Positions 26,001 to 37,800 of a DNA stretch of 64,000 bases are shown one piece after another. The notes below the pieces were generated by a model. That model was not told the origin of the DNA. It made no database searches and saw only the letters and a list, made by a program, of their open reading frames with translations. Source of the DNA: Oikopleura dioica (lineage: Eukaryota; Animalia; Chordata); assembly GCA_907165135.1 (NCBI GenBank), contig OU015566.1, forward strand, positions 2,294,001-2,358,000, given 5' to 3'. Numbering within the stretch: position 1 is the stretch's first letter; each line of letters begins with the position of its first letter. A program made the translations under genes and the position numbers.

Positions 26001-26837
26001 TGAAGTTCCACCGTAAATAGCACTGCCATCAATCCAACTCGTCGCTGTATTTATCGGAACAGGAACTCCATGCTGATCCAGGCCACTTTCCGCCTCCCAC
26101 ATGAACGAATCATTTTTCACCGAAAGTGTATTCGCAGCGCAGGCGATTTCGTCCGCCTCTAGAATTTCCTCGAGGACGAATTGGGAAAACGCAGCGCCAA
26201 GCGAGGATAAGCCGATGGAACTGGAAGTTCTTGGAACATTGATTTCTTCGACTGTTTCCGAGCTGTCAGTGAAGAGTTCACTTGGAACAAGCCTTGTCAG
26301 CGGCTTGTATCGACCAGAAGAAAAGTCGAAAGAAATGCTGTCACTGGTTATTGCTCCATTTATAAAGAAAATATGACCTGAGAATTAACTCGAAAATCAC
26401 CCTTGCTTGTTGACTTTGTTTTTGTTAAGAAATTCCGAGTTAAAAAGGTTGAACTTTCGTGTTTACGTTCCACTTGCGCAACAAAATATCACGCGCGCAT
26501 GTCCCGGAACTTTTTTCTAGAGCCCTCGTGAGGACTTGCAAATTTCCTGACTGAGGATTACCAACTCGATACCGATCTACAAATTGCTCAAAATGGTATC
26601 CCTCGGTCTAAGGGCTCGAAATTTAGCTTTCATCTCTTATGAAAGTTCGAAAAAGTCGATTTTATTTTCAGAAAAAGCTCAATTCTTGCATAAAAAATGA
26701 AAATTTTAAAATTATTTTCTATAAATAAAATATAAAAATTATTTTTTGAATCAATTTTCTTCATAAAAATCCTTGTTTTTCAGATAACCAGTCCTTGAAT
26801 AAGCCAACTCAAATAAAATAAAAATCAAAATTTTCAT
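20039..26837 (-). CDS. DUOX: Dual oxidase (peroxidase-like ectodomain, TM, EF-hand region, 6-TM ferric reductase, FAD/NADPH domains)
   Basis: [17 protein letters not shown]...[85 protein letters not shown], ends HFFENF*. The signal-like first exon [14 protein letters not shown] (ATG 26837) is tentative. Confidence 0.93.
24590..24950. repeat. Degenerate inverted-repeat element inside a DUOX intron (GC-AG intron ~24443-25068)
   Basis: GGGGGTCCCGGGGCGAAGCTCC (~24672) is inverted against GGGGCTTCGCCCCCCGGGACCCCC (~24823), with weaker outer inverted matches. Confidence 0.5.
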
Positions 26838-27916
26838 GACGTTTTCTCAGATTCTCTCAAATCATCATCTCTCAAGAAAAAAATAATTCTTCTAGTCAAA
26901 TTCCAAAAATGACCGTTTGTTTCACGTTAACTCAAGAAACAGGAAGTTGCTCGATTATGACTGGGATTGTGTTCGGAGCGCTCTAGCGCGGCGGTGCGGT
27001 TAACGAGGCCGAGACCGCGCCCAGACTTGAGATAAGCGCCAGGCAGGACATTGCCGCACGCTGATCGCATTTGTTTTTACTTCGAGAATGTCAAGACGCT
27101 CCTTATTTAATTTAAACAGAGTTTTGGCAAGACCAAAAGTTCAGAATTTAAAAAGACGGCATAAACTTTTTTTCTTCTTTATTTAAACTTATGAATAAAA
27201 AGAATTTTTCTTATAATTAAAGAATTAATTTGATAAATAATTTTGAGGGATTGGCTTTTTAGACCCCAGCTTGACCCTTGAACATCCTTCAAAGCTCAAA
27301 TCGTTCGTTTATTTATTCATGCCATTTCTCAAAAGGATGAGCTCAGCTCGCTGATGCGCCAAAAACACAGAAATCCGAGGCGTCAAAGAGCACCAACGAT
27401 ATATACAGATGCTATAAAAGCGCGAAATCAACCAAGAAATCACTCAATTCATAATTCCCAGATTAGTGAAAAGAACCAAAAATGCGAATTTTTCAAGTTC
27501 TGATATTTTTCTTTGTGAAAGATCAAGGCGTCAATTCAGAGGTGAAAAATAGGAAGAGAAAAAATGTCTTGAATTTTTTGTTTTAGGAATTGAGTGATTT
27601 TAAATATCAAAATCAGCAACCGCTTCAATTCAATGCTAGAGGTAATTATTTTCTTATTTCTGTTAAACTTTTATTTTCAAGAGAAAAATGAGTGAATCAA
27701 AGTTGCATCAAAATTCTAATTTTTCCACCACAATTTTCTGGGTTCAAAATGAGAATCATCAATTATACAACAACCTTGAAGCTGATAAATGTATTTTAGC
27801 ATTAACGAATAATCGATTCCGTGGCTATCAAAATCTGCAGAATATGTTTGCCCAACTGAATCCAGATTTTTTTGTTTAAATAAACTTTATTAAAGGATAT
27901 TTGGTGATAAAATTTT

Positions 27917-29656
27917 TCAAGGATAAAAATAGCAAAAATCATGACAGGAATCGGTGCAGGCATCTGGAGAGGATTCGAAGATGATTGGGCGAGTACATTC
28001 ACCTTCATGCTCATTTATGATCATCGAAGATGTTATATTCTGACCATCCCACATTGCCCTTTCAACATTTCTATAATATCGTTGAAAACAAGAATTCTTT
28101 TTAGTTTTACCGGGACTCTTCACCATCAAAAACAAGAAAATAATCAACAAAATATATTGAAGACCCAAGAGAAAAAACCTTTAATAAAAATAAAAAAAAA
28201 AGAAAATTTGATAATTCTTTACTGATTGCATGGCACCGACTTTTGTCCATTGATGATCTCGAAAAAGGTAAACATTTTTAGTATAACCTCTTTCATTGCC
28301 ATCGTGCAAGTATCCACCAATGGTAAGGACCCCATTGTCCACTGAAAGACAAGTATGTTCGTCAATTTGATGAGGATGAGGAGAAATATCTTGCCAACCA
28401 CTTATTTTTGAATAATAATATAATAAAAAATAATAGATCTGAGATCACCTGGATGTTAGTATTTCCGCGCGATTGGATAGTGGTGAATACGATCCAATGA
28501 TTATAGGTGCATTTTCGAATTCTACCATACAAGAAAAGTCATGCTTGATTTGTGTAGAACTGATTGATCGTGATACTTCCCCGTCAAAGCTTTCGCAATC
28601 GTCCGTCAGACCTCTGCATAAAATAACGGACTCGGTTCCAGCAGAAACAGTTGTTAGGGATCCTCTTCTACCATCGAAAGAATTGACTAAATTTCTACCA
28701 ATGCTCTGGAGTGTGCAATCCGATAATTTTTCTATCTATAATTTTTTTTTAATCTTTATTGAAATTGGAAAAGCTTTTACCTTTTGAGTTGAATCATGCG
28801 ATGATCCGAAAATAAAAATCTCTCCTCGAAGTATCGCATGTCCAGATCGAGAAAGATACGGATAATAGCCATACATAGGAGATTCGTAATGGCGTTTGTC
28901 CTGAATTGTTGTTGAAAAATTATTTCCTGCTTTGATAACCTTGAAACTTCCATCAACAGAAATCACATAATTGAAACTTGTGAAACCGTTAAAATCAATA
29001 TTAAACTGATCAGTTTGGCAAAGTGCGGTCACATAAGTCTCGCACTTGTATCCACCCTCACAGGAACATCCCATCGGACAATTTTTCATACACGGACAAA
29101 AATTCTTTTCCTCTTCAAACACGCCATAACAATCATCATAGCAAGTGTTATTTGTCGCGCAAGATTCAAAACAATCGTCCAATCTTCCCCTCGCTTCCTT
29201 CAGACATTGCTTGAAATACGGATCATTCTTGGGGTCTTTACATCCACAGATTGCATTTTCGCAATTCTCACAACCGTTGGGACAGAGCTCGTCACATGGA
29301 CAAGCTCTGAAGCAGTCTAAAAATTAAAAGCATATTTTGGAACAAATGTGATTACCAGTCCATTCTCCAGCGCATTGGCGTTCACAAGAAGAGCTCATAC
29401 AGCCATCTTTACAAACGATAAACTTCTCAAAGCAATCTTCGTCGCATAATTCCCCAAGATCAGCGTCCCTTATCGGAAAATAAATGTAACCCATTCGGAT
29501 TCAAAACAAAACTTAATTTTGGCTCTTTCATTTTTTAAAAAGCTATTAAATCCCATGGAAGAACATCCATTTAACTTACGGGCAAGAACGATTAATCGTT
29601 CGCCTTGCGACTTGAGCCTGAGTGAAGAAACTCAAAATCAAGAGATTCCACTTCAT
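27917..29656 (-). CDS. Secreted Cys-rich protein with C-terminal propeller-like region (resembles an expanded larvacean family)
   Basis: Signal peptide MKWNLLILSFFTQAQV, repeated C-x3-C blocks, CPCMKNCPMGCSC, HAILRGEIFIFG, ends DFCYFYP*. Confidence 0.7.
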
Positions 29657-29888
29657 AAGAAAATTCTCTATTGCGAAAAATACTACCTTTTTCGATGAGG
29701 ACCATCATGCTTGATATTTGTCGAAGCTTGAGATCATTTACAATTGCGATAATAAAATTCAATCAAGAAGAGTAGGAAAGGTCACTTTCTTTCAATATTG
29801 CTCTAGATTTACCTTTGTAAATTATCAAAAATAGAACAGTTATTAGGGTTATTATTCGCAATTTTCATAAAAAAGGTCTTTTTTATAT

Positions 29889-31429
29889 TTATTTACTCAG
29901 ATAACCGATTGTTTGCAGAGCTTTTTGAAGTGATCGCAGAACTTTATTAACATTCTTTTCCGTGCAGTTGAACCCCATCAGCCCGATTCTCCAGCACTTT
30001 CCAGCAGTAGGGCCGAGTCCTCCCGCCATTTCGATCGTATCATTTTCCATCATCAGTGCTTTTATTTTTCATAAACTCAAATTTGCCTTGAATTTTACCT
30101 GTGACAACATTCCACTCAACTCCATCTGGAACTTTTATAGTCGTCACGCACGGGAGTCGATCATCTTGATTTTCAACAAACAGCTCCAGCCCGAGCTCTT
30201 TCAATCCTTCATGAAGCTTTTTCTGGCAAATTTTATGTCTTTTCCAAGTTTCTTCTAGATTTTCAGAAGAGATGAAAGAAAGAGCTTCTCGGAGGGCGAA
30301 AATATTGGTCACAGCGCCAGTGTGATGGTAAAATCGAGGCTGCGCATCAACATTCCTAATTTTTCAAATTAAACAAAAATCTTATAAACTAACCAGTATC
30401 GACCAAGAACTTCAACATCAAGATAGTAGCTCTGAACTGGCGTCTCTCTATTCCTGATCGCTTGGCTATAAAATTTGTAATAAAAGAAAAAGAAAAAAAT
30501 CAAAAAACCGAGCTCGTGGTGAAAAAGAGATTGGAGCGGTTCCCGGTGGAGCGCTGAGGACTTTTTGACTTCCAGTGTAGAGAACATCGATTCCCCATTC
30601 GTCCATTTTCAGTTCAACTCCGCCACACGCTGCGACAGAATCGACCATGAAAAGACAGCTGTTCTTCTTGCAGATCTCTCCGATCCCCTTAATTAAAGCT
30701 TGATAAAACCGGAATTAAAGTACTGTTCTGCCAGTCACCTTAATATTTTGAAAAACTCCGGTCGAGCTTTCCCCGTGAGTGATAAAAAACGCTTTTGGTT
30801 TCTCTTTCTCTAGGAACCCTTCAATTTCTTCCTTCGAGAACGACTTTCCAGGAGTACCCTCCAAGATCGCCACATTGATACCGGCTCTAGAAGCGATATC
30901 CGCAGCACGCTCGCCCCAAATGCCATTTTTCGCGATTCCGACTTTTTCTCCCGCTTCAAGCGTATTGACAAGCGTTGCTTCCATTGCGGCGTGGCCAGAA
31001 GCGCATAGAGCGATGGTCAGCTCGTTTTCGGTCTGGAAAAGGTGCTTGATCCCGGCTTTGACGTCGTCCATGATTTCACAGAAATCTGGGTGGAGATGGC
31101 CGAGAAGCGGCTTTGCTAAGAAAAAGAAGAATATGAGCAGAAAAATTGACAAATCAAACCTGCTGCTTCCAAAACCCTCGGTGGGCAATTCGCCGGCCCT
31201 GGCCCCATCAATAGCTTCTCCGTTACTTCCAGAGGTTTTCCCAATCTCTCTGGCCATTTCGAGCTCATTTCTCTCCTCGAACTTTTCTCTCGCGAAAAAT
31301 TCGCCGCCAAAAATCTGCTGAAATTTCAAAGTTCAGAACTTTGTTAAATCTTCTGACAAAAAAACACCTGTGTATCGTCCCATGGCTCAGAATTTCGCAA
31401 AAATGGCGAAGACTTCGATTTCTCTGCAT
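29889..31429 (-). CDS. AGXT: Alanine--glyoxylate/serine--pyruvate aminotransferase with N-terminal extension
   Basis: LLMGPGPAN, SGHAAME, THGESSTGV, VDSVA, PLP-lysine motif YTGSQKVLSAPPG, GGLGPTAGKCWRIGLMG, ends IGYLSK*. In-frame ATGs at 31429 and 31268. Confidence 0.95.
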
Positions 31430-31687
31430 TATTTTGTTTAAAAAATGATGAAAGAAATGAGTTCACATCAGATTGCCAACGGAGAATTGACGAGTTGAGA
31501 TAAGCAAATATCATTAATTTTGATTTCTCACATACATTTTATTCCAAAACAAAGATCCTTTTTAATTTTTTTTTCAATTTTTCTCGACATGATCAATCAT
31601 CTGATTAAAAAAATAATAATGAAGAAAAAAGTTCAAATAAATATCCTTTATTGGCAAAAAAACTACAGAAATAAATAATTAAAACTT

Positions 31688-33378
31688 CTAATCTTGAATT
31701 TCCTTCATCCATTTTTGATAATATTCTTCTTGCTTAGCTCTTTCAGCTTCGCTTTCGACATTTTCGAGCGCCGGCCATCTGTAAACAAATCGTCCAAAAG
31801 GGCCTTCGTAGCACATAAGAATATAACGAGTAGATCTGCAGGTGATTTTCGGAAAAGGTGGACGCTTTGGGATTTCTTCGACTTTTCCAGTTTTATAATA
31901 GCTCCAGCGAGCGTTGAATAAATCAACGGCGTATTCGTACAACCAAATGTCCAGCGGCATCAAAACCTTCAAAAATGATCGAAAAATCGAGTTTATTTTC
32001 TAGAAAAGTGAAATTTTCCGACCATTTTCCTTGAGCTTGTCAAGAACATTTTGCCCCGGTTTTTCATAATTCAACTTATTTGCCGTCGATTTCATCACTG
32101 CATCTTTCTTAATTCCATTCGGAAATTGATTATTCAGCAGCTCAATGCTATCATTGAGTCTTTCTTTCAACCCAATCCAAGTGCATGATTCGAGACGATC
32201 AGCAGCGTCTGAGAGGACTTTTTCGAAGTTTAGGCTGTCTTCTTCAAGATCTCGGAGTTGGTCGGATTTCGGGAGGGTTCGATCCCACTCGTGTTTTACC
32301 CAGGATTGGCCGATGTGGGTTCCGCTTTTCGAGGGGATGAAAACTTGAAGCTTCTGTGGGTAAAAAGGGATCATCATAAAACTCTTACTTCCCCCTGATT
32401 TGAGGCTCTTTTTCGTCCCCTTTCCTGAGCCAACTTACACTCGCCTGTCCATCCTGCCACAAACCCCTTACTTGCATCATCAAGTCCAAGTTCCCAAGCA
32501 ATTCCTCCAAACTAACTCCAACGAGCAATTTCGAAGCCCATCCCCGATCTCGTTTGATGAAGTTAAAGTGACTGATCGCCCGTGAAACTGGTTCTCTCAA
32601 AAGAGTGATGACTTCAAAATGTTCTGTTTTGTCCGTCATTGCGTTTTTGAGATTTTCAACGGAGCTCCAGTCGAAGTGTTTTGAAGGAATTCGATGGTTG
32701 CCGAAGTAGTAGCCATCTTGGTCGAGTGGGTTTCGGGATCGAGAAACAATGTTGGAGGTTAAATACTCGGTGAAGGCAGTTCCCGCGCTTTTGGCAACAT
32801 GGAGGAAGCAAATGACTCCATTTGGAACAATTCGAGTCTAAATTTTTTAACCATAAGATGAGCTTAATGAAGGCTGCTGATTTGGAAATGGTCTCCAACA
32901 ACTAACGGTTTATTTTTTTAATATCATTTATTCCTCATAATTATTTGCTTTATTAAAAAACCATTATTCCATTTTAAATGCGTCATTATGGTGCTCAATT
33001 TGCAATTTTTCAAATTACCTTTACAATTGCCAAGTTATTTTTCTGATAATTTTTCATGTCAATCACATCAACTTCTTTTTCAACCCTCTTTATTTTTTGC
33101 TGAATTGGTGATTCTTCATCGGGCAATTTTTCTGCCGGTTTCTCTGTTATTCTGTATTCGAAATCTGGCGAGTCGTTTTCGACATTTCTTCTAAATTTCT
33201 CGCTTTCATGGAGAAGCTTTTGATTTTCTAGCTGGAGGTAGCAGACAAGCAGGACTTTCACTGATTTATTTTGTTTTAAAAGAAAAAAAAAAGAAAATTC
33301 TTGGCAAAATTTGAAAAAATCGGTTCCTGAAAAAAAGATGAGTAAATTGACGGTTTTTCTCTGAATCGCTCTGAGCAT
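31688..33378 (-). CDS. Golgi-type II sulfotransferase (HS6ST/Sulfotransfer_2-like)
   Basis: Signal anchor after MLRAIQRK, 5'-PSB loop FLHVAKSAGTAF, 3'-PB ITLLREPVSRAISHF, last exon LMPLDIWLYEYAVDLFNARW joined by GA-AG intron 31967-32029. Confidence 0.85.
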
Positions 33379-34186
33379 CGTTTTCTGAGCTTTTAATCTT
33401 TGCGTTTTTGTAGCGAAATAAGTTTGCGCCACAAGTCTTGATTAGTTTTGATTAGCAAAGGGCAATGAATTGAAGATCGCCGGAGAACTGAATTAACACG
33501 TTAAGTCACCCGCGTTTCAGTTTCAAGTTTTCTTTCTCTAAAATAAACATTTTTTTCTGAATAGAGATTTTTTTGAAAATAACGACAAGGGAAATACGTT
33601 TTTGAAAGTTCAACGCGGATTTTTTAAGATTATCTGACAAGCCTTCGCGAAAAATTGATGATTTCAATGTTTTATAAACGAAGAGACACCCTTATTCATT
33701 CTCAAAAAAGCTTATTTAAAATATTTTATTAAAAATATAAGAAAAATTTTGTTTTTTTACCTTTTTTTTGCTATTTTTCTTTATTTCTCAGTATTTCTGA
33801 TTAGTTTTTTTTATCAATAATTAACAATTCTAGAGCTTGCTTTTTTGAAGATATTTCTCTCAATAACTCACAACTGGTCATTATATTTTCAAAATAAGCC
33901 AAAACATCTTCGTCCATTTCGGCGCCGGCGCTTTTCCCGGTTTTCGGGCCCTTTTCTGCTGATGCAGAATTTCCGAATCGTATAAGCTTAAGCTAAAGCT
34001 TTTAAAATAGTCGCCGCTGCCTTAAGATTTTAATCCCAGCTGGTCATTTTTGGAATATCATTTTTCAAGACAGAATTTGTCAACTGCCTTTAGTTTGTCT
34101 TCTGACTTGGCCGATTTCTCACAATTCTGTGAAAATGCAATTCCTCAAACTCAGATTTCAAATCATAAAATTGAGAAAAAAGAAGA

Positions 34187-34851
34187 ATGGGAAACCCAAG
34201 GAATGTTTCGCGACGTATTCTTATCACCTTTTCCATAAAAAATCGAGTAAACACCAAAAAAGCAGCGAAGAAGACCCCCCACCATCCTACCCCAGCGCTC
34301 CCCTAGCCGGCGAAGCTCAAGAATTTTCCGGCTACAACCCCAACTACACCCCACCCGCTCAACAAAACTCTCCCCAAGTCATCACCAGTCAGCCTCCAGT
34401 TCAGAATCCACCCGGCGCGGAATGGCCCTTCATCAAAAGCACTCAACCAAAAGACTGGAAATACAACTGCTTTGAAGCTTTTTGCAGCGGCTCTGAATGT
34501 TGCGTCGCCTGGTGGTAAGTTTTTTCGCCAATGAAAAGGGGGGATAATTTTTTAGTTGTCCATGCATGTCGATAGCGAAAACGGCAGAAATGCTTGGACT
34601 TGATGGAAATCGCGCTTTTTGCTGCGCTTTTTGGGGCCATGCCTTTACCCTCGGTATCATTTTAACCCTTTCTCGTCCGTGGACCAATTTTTTTAGCATT
34701 TCAGCAGCGGGAACTGATTCGCTTGAAGTACAACATCCCTTCAAAATACTCCGGCTGCGCGGATTTCTGGTGCTTGTTTTGCTGCTGGTCTTGTACTCTT
34801 GCTCAGAGTTCGCTTCAGCTCAAATACGAGCTTCTCCAAAATCGACAATAA
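34187..34851 (+). CDS. PLAC8/cornifelin-family Cys-rich protein
   Basis: Pro-rich N-terminus, CCVAWWCPC..A, RELIRLKYNIP..GCADFWCLFCCWSCTLAQ. First intron is GA-AG (34201-34247). Confidence 0.85.
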
Positions 34852-34893
34852 AGGAGAATAGTTTGCAACTGTTGATTTTTTATTTAAAGAGAA

Positions 34894-37800
34894 CTACATG
34901 CTCATTTGCGATCTTGGGCGAGAAATCGGTGGCAAGGGCGAAGTGGGAGCAGTAACTGGTCGAAGTTGTTTTTGAACTCGTTTTGGCTTTCTGTGCGCTC
35001 GTTTGAGATTTCGATATTGACCGAGGCAGAACTGCGGCGAATCGGCTAAAAAGATTTTTGACGGAGACTTTCAGATTGCGCTTACCGATGGAAAATCTAA
35101 GCTCTTGAAGCTCCTTTGCTTTTGCATTTTTATCTATTATTGCTCCTGTTGTTGTTTGAGGTCTGTTTGAACCCTTCAACTCACTAAGGATAATAGATAT
35201 TGAGAAAAAAAGGATGAAAAATACCTATCAAGTTGGCGAATAGCGTTGACAGATTTTGAAACTGGGTCAAGATCTGCGGCTGGCCACCCTTCTGGAGGCT
35301 CTAGAATTCGATCGATTCGTTCATATGCTTAATTTTCAATGTTAAATGAGCCTGAAATCGGATTCCTTACCTTCTTGCCACCAAAGAGGAGGATCATTCG
35401 AGCAAAATTCGACGTTTGCAAACCATTTTTTCGCTTTTTCAATCGCCTCCTTCGTTATTGAGCTTGAGTATTTTGCCTGGAGATGATTCATGTTTCTGCA
35501 TCCTTTTTTCAGATATTTGACGGATCTATCAGAGACATGGGGGAGGCCAGAGACGTCGATGTGCTTCAGAAATCGGCAAACGCCAGCAATGTATTGAATC
35601 GCTACATCAGTCAGTTCTGGGCAGCCGGCGATTCGGATTGATTCCAAGTTTCGGCAATTGAAAGCCAGATGTTTTATTCCATTGTTCGTGAGTCCTAACA
35701 AGTTCAATTTTAGTCAAAATTGGAAGATACTTTTTCATACCTCGGATAATCGAGAAATTCAAATGCGTCAAATCCGGATTGAAATTTTTCGTTATCTTTT
35801 CTAAGTCCTCCAATCGTTGACATTCCGCAAAGTCGAGTTTTCTGATCGATCTGATTTTTCCGATCACTGAAGCTCCATGACTTCCGATGACTGAGCCGCG
35901 ACATTTGAACTCTTGAAGCTTGTGAAGACCTGAAATCATGAGGGATGGACGACGAGAAAAGGTCTTACTTGATAGAAGCTCGAAGCCAGAGTCGGTGATT
36001 CGCTCGTTGTAACTCATGTCCAGAAAGATTAGTTTGTGGCATTTCGAAGTAATTCTGTTATGATGATAGAAACAAATTCTATTTTGAACAATTAAAAATG
36101 AAATCGAACGACTGACCAATCAGAATTTACTATAGGCCACATTTCACGAAACAGCGCCACCAAGCAGCTTTTCTTTTCTCTATTATTCCTTCATCAATTC
36201 CTGTAAAGCGCAACATCCGTGAGCGAGTTTATCGAACTGAGATTCAAATGAGTCAGATGACCACCAGACGGGCCATCAACCAAGTGACGAACTCCAGCAT
36301 CAGTGATGCAGGGGCAGCAGGAAAGATCTATGTCTCGCAACGATCTTAGTCCACCAAATGTCCTCAGAAGATCATCGCCGATTTGAGGACAGTTTTTATT
36401 GAAACGGAAGAAAGTTTCGCGCAAAATCGAAAGCACCTGAATATCAGTGTTTTTAAAAATAAAAAGATTTAACTAACTTTGATAGAAGCGAGTCCGAAAC
36501 TTTGAAGTTCTTGCTCAAAGCAAATTTCTTCAAATTCGAGTAGTTCTCCAAATCTCTAAATGCTCCATTTGACAATCTTCCTGCTGATAAGAGGCTAAGT
36601 TCTTCAAGTCCTTTTGCTTTTTGAAGGAATACTTGAACAGCTTCATCTTCCAATGAGTACAAATCATTGAGAATCAAGGACTTGAGATAATTGAGAAGAG
36701 AGGCGAGGGCGGCGAATCCTTGGGTTGAGATTTGAAGACAACCACTCTAAAGAATAAATGATTTGCTGATGGGCGAAATACTAGAATCTGATTGGATGAA
36801 AAGCGTAAAATTGTCAATGAAATTGTCAACTTGGAGAATTCTTAATTGTTCTTACCATGTCCAAAAACTTGAGCATTCTGCATCCCTCCCCTCCGGATAG
36901 ATACAGCAAGCCCTTTGTCGTAAAATTCGTACAGTATGCCAAACTCAACACTTGCAAATTCGTGCCGTACTTTGACAGGGCCCTGATAGTAGTGTCACTT
37001 ATTGAAGTTTTCGATAAATCCAGAGTCAACAACGCCCGAAAACCATCCAATAAGATGACCGCCTGCTCGTCCGTCAAAAACCGACAGCCAGAGAGATTCA
37101 GATGCTGGACATTTCGACACATTGCGAATGCCCGGTAAGTCGATGTTTCCAGGATGGTAGAGCTGAGAATGAGCTTGGAGAGATAAAGTCGGGCAATTTC
37201 AGCATGTCGTTTTGCCGCGTAGTCGGAAACTTGATGGCGGCAGACGGAATAGTCGATTGTTGACCAAAGTGAGGGCGCTGTTTTTGGGCTCTTTCTGATT
37301 GGTCAGATTACATAATAAACAAATAAGATATCCTCATAGATCAAATGACTTCTTATTGGCCTTATTTTGTACTTTTATCAACTTCTGAATTGCTCTTATT
37401 CGATTCTAGAGCCCCTTTCCTTGTGTGATAATATTCCATTCCCTTGAAACCGCTCTACAAATACTGATTTCTTCAATATTCAAAAAGCTGAAAATCTTTA
37501 TCGCAATAACTCTCGGCAGTCGATAAATTGCATCAGCATCTTCTTTCGAAAGCAAGGCATTATAATCTTCAATTTCGCCCTTTTCAATTTGATCAAAATA
37601 TCGCTTCGTTTTCAGAGATTGCTTTGTAAAAGCATCCCAAGCGCGGACGTAGAATTTTCCAAAATGAAGACAATACATTTTCGCAATCCTTTTCGCGGCT
37701 TCATGGTTTCGTGCAGCCTGAACGCGGGTAATTGAGAACCAGCTTTTCAGGGCTTTCGTTTCTGAAAAATTTGATTTATTTCAAGATTTTTTTTTTATTT

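Noticed and set aside
27088-27879. Possible plus-strand gene starting MSRRSLFNLNRVLARPK (presequence-like)
   Set aside because: Could not build a consistent in-frame exon chain or recognise a domain. Not DUOXA-like.
31688-31972. Stand-alone small protein
   Set aside because: It is the last exon of the sulfotransferase, joined by a GA-AG intron.
27917-33378. Operon of three co-directional minus-strand genes
   Set aside because: Gaps of ~230-260 bp are long for trans-spliced operons in this lineage, and SL data are needed.
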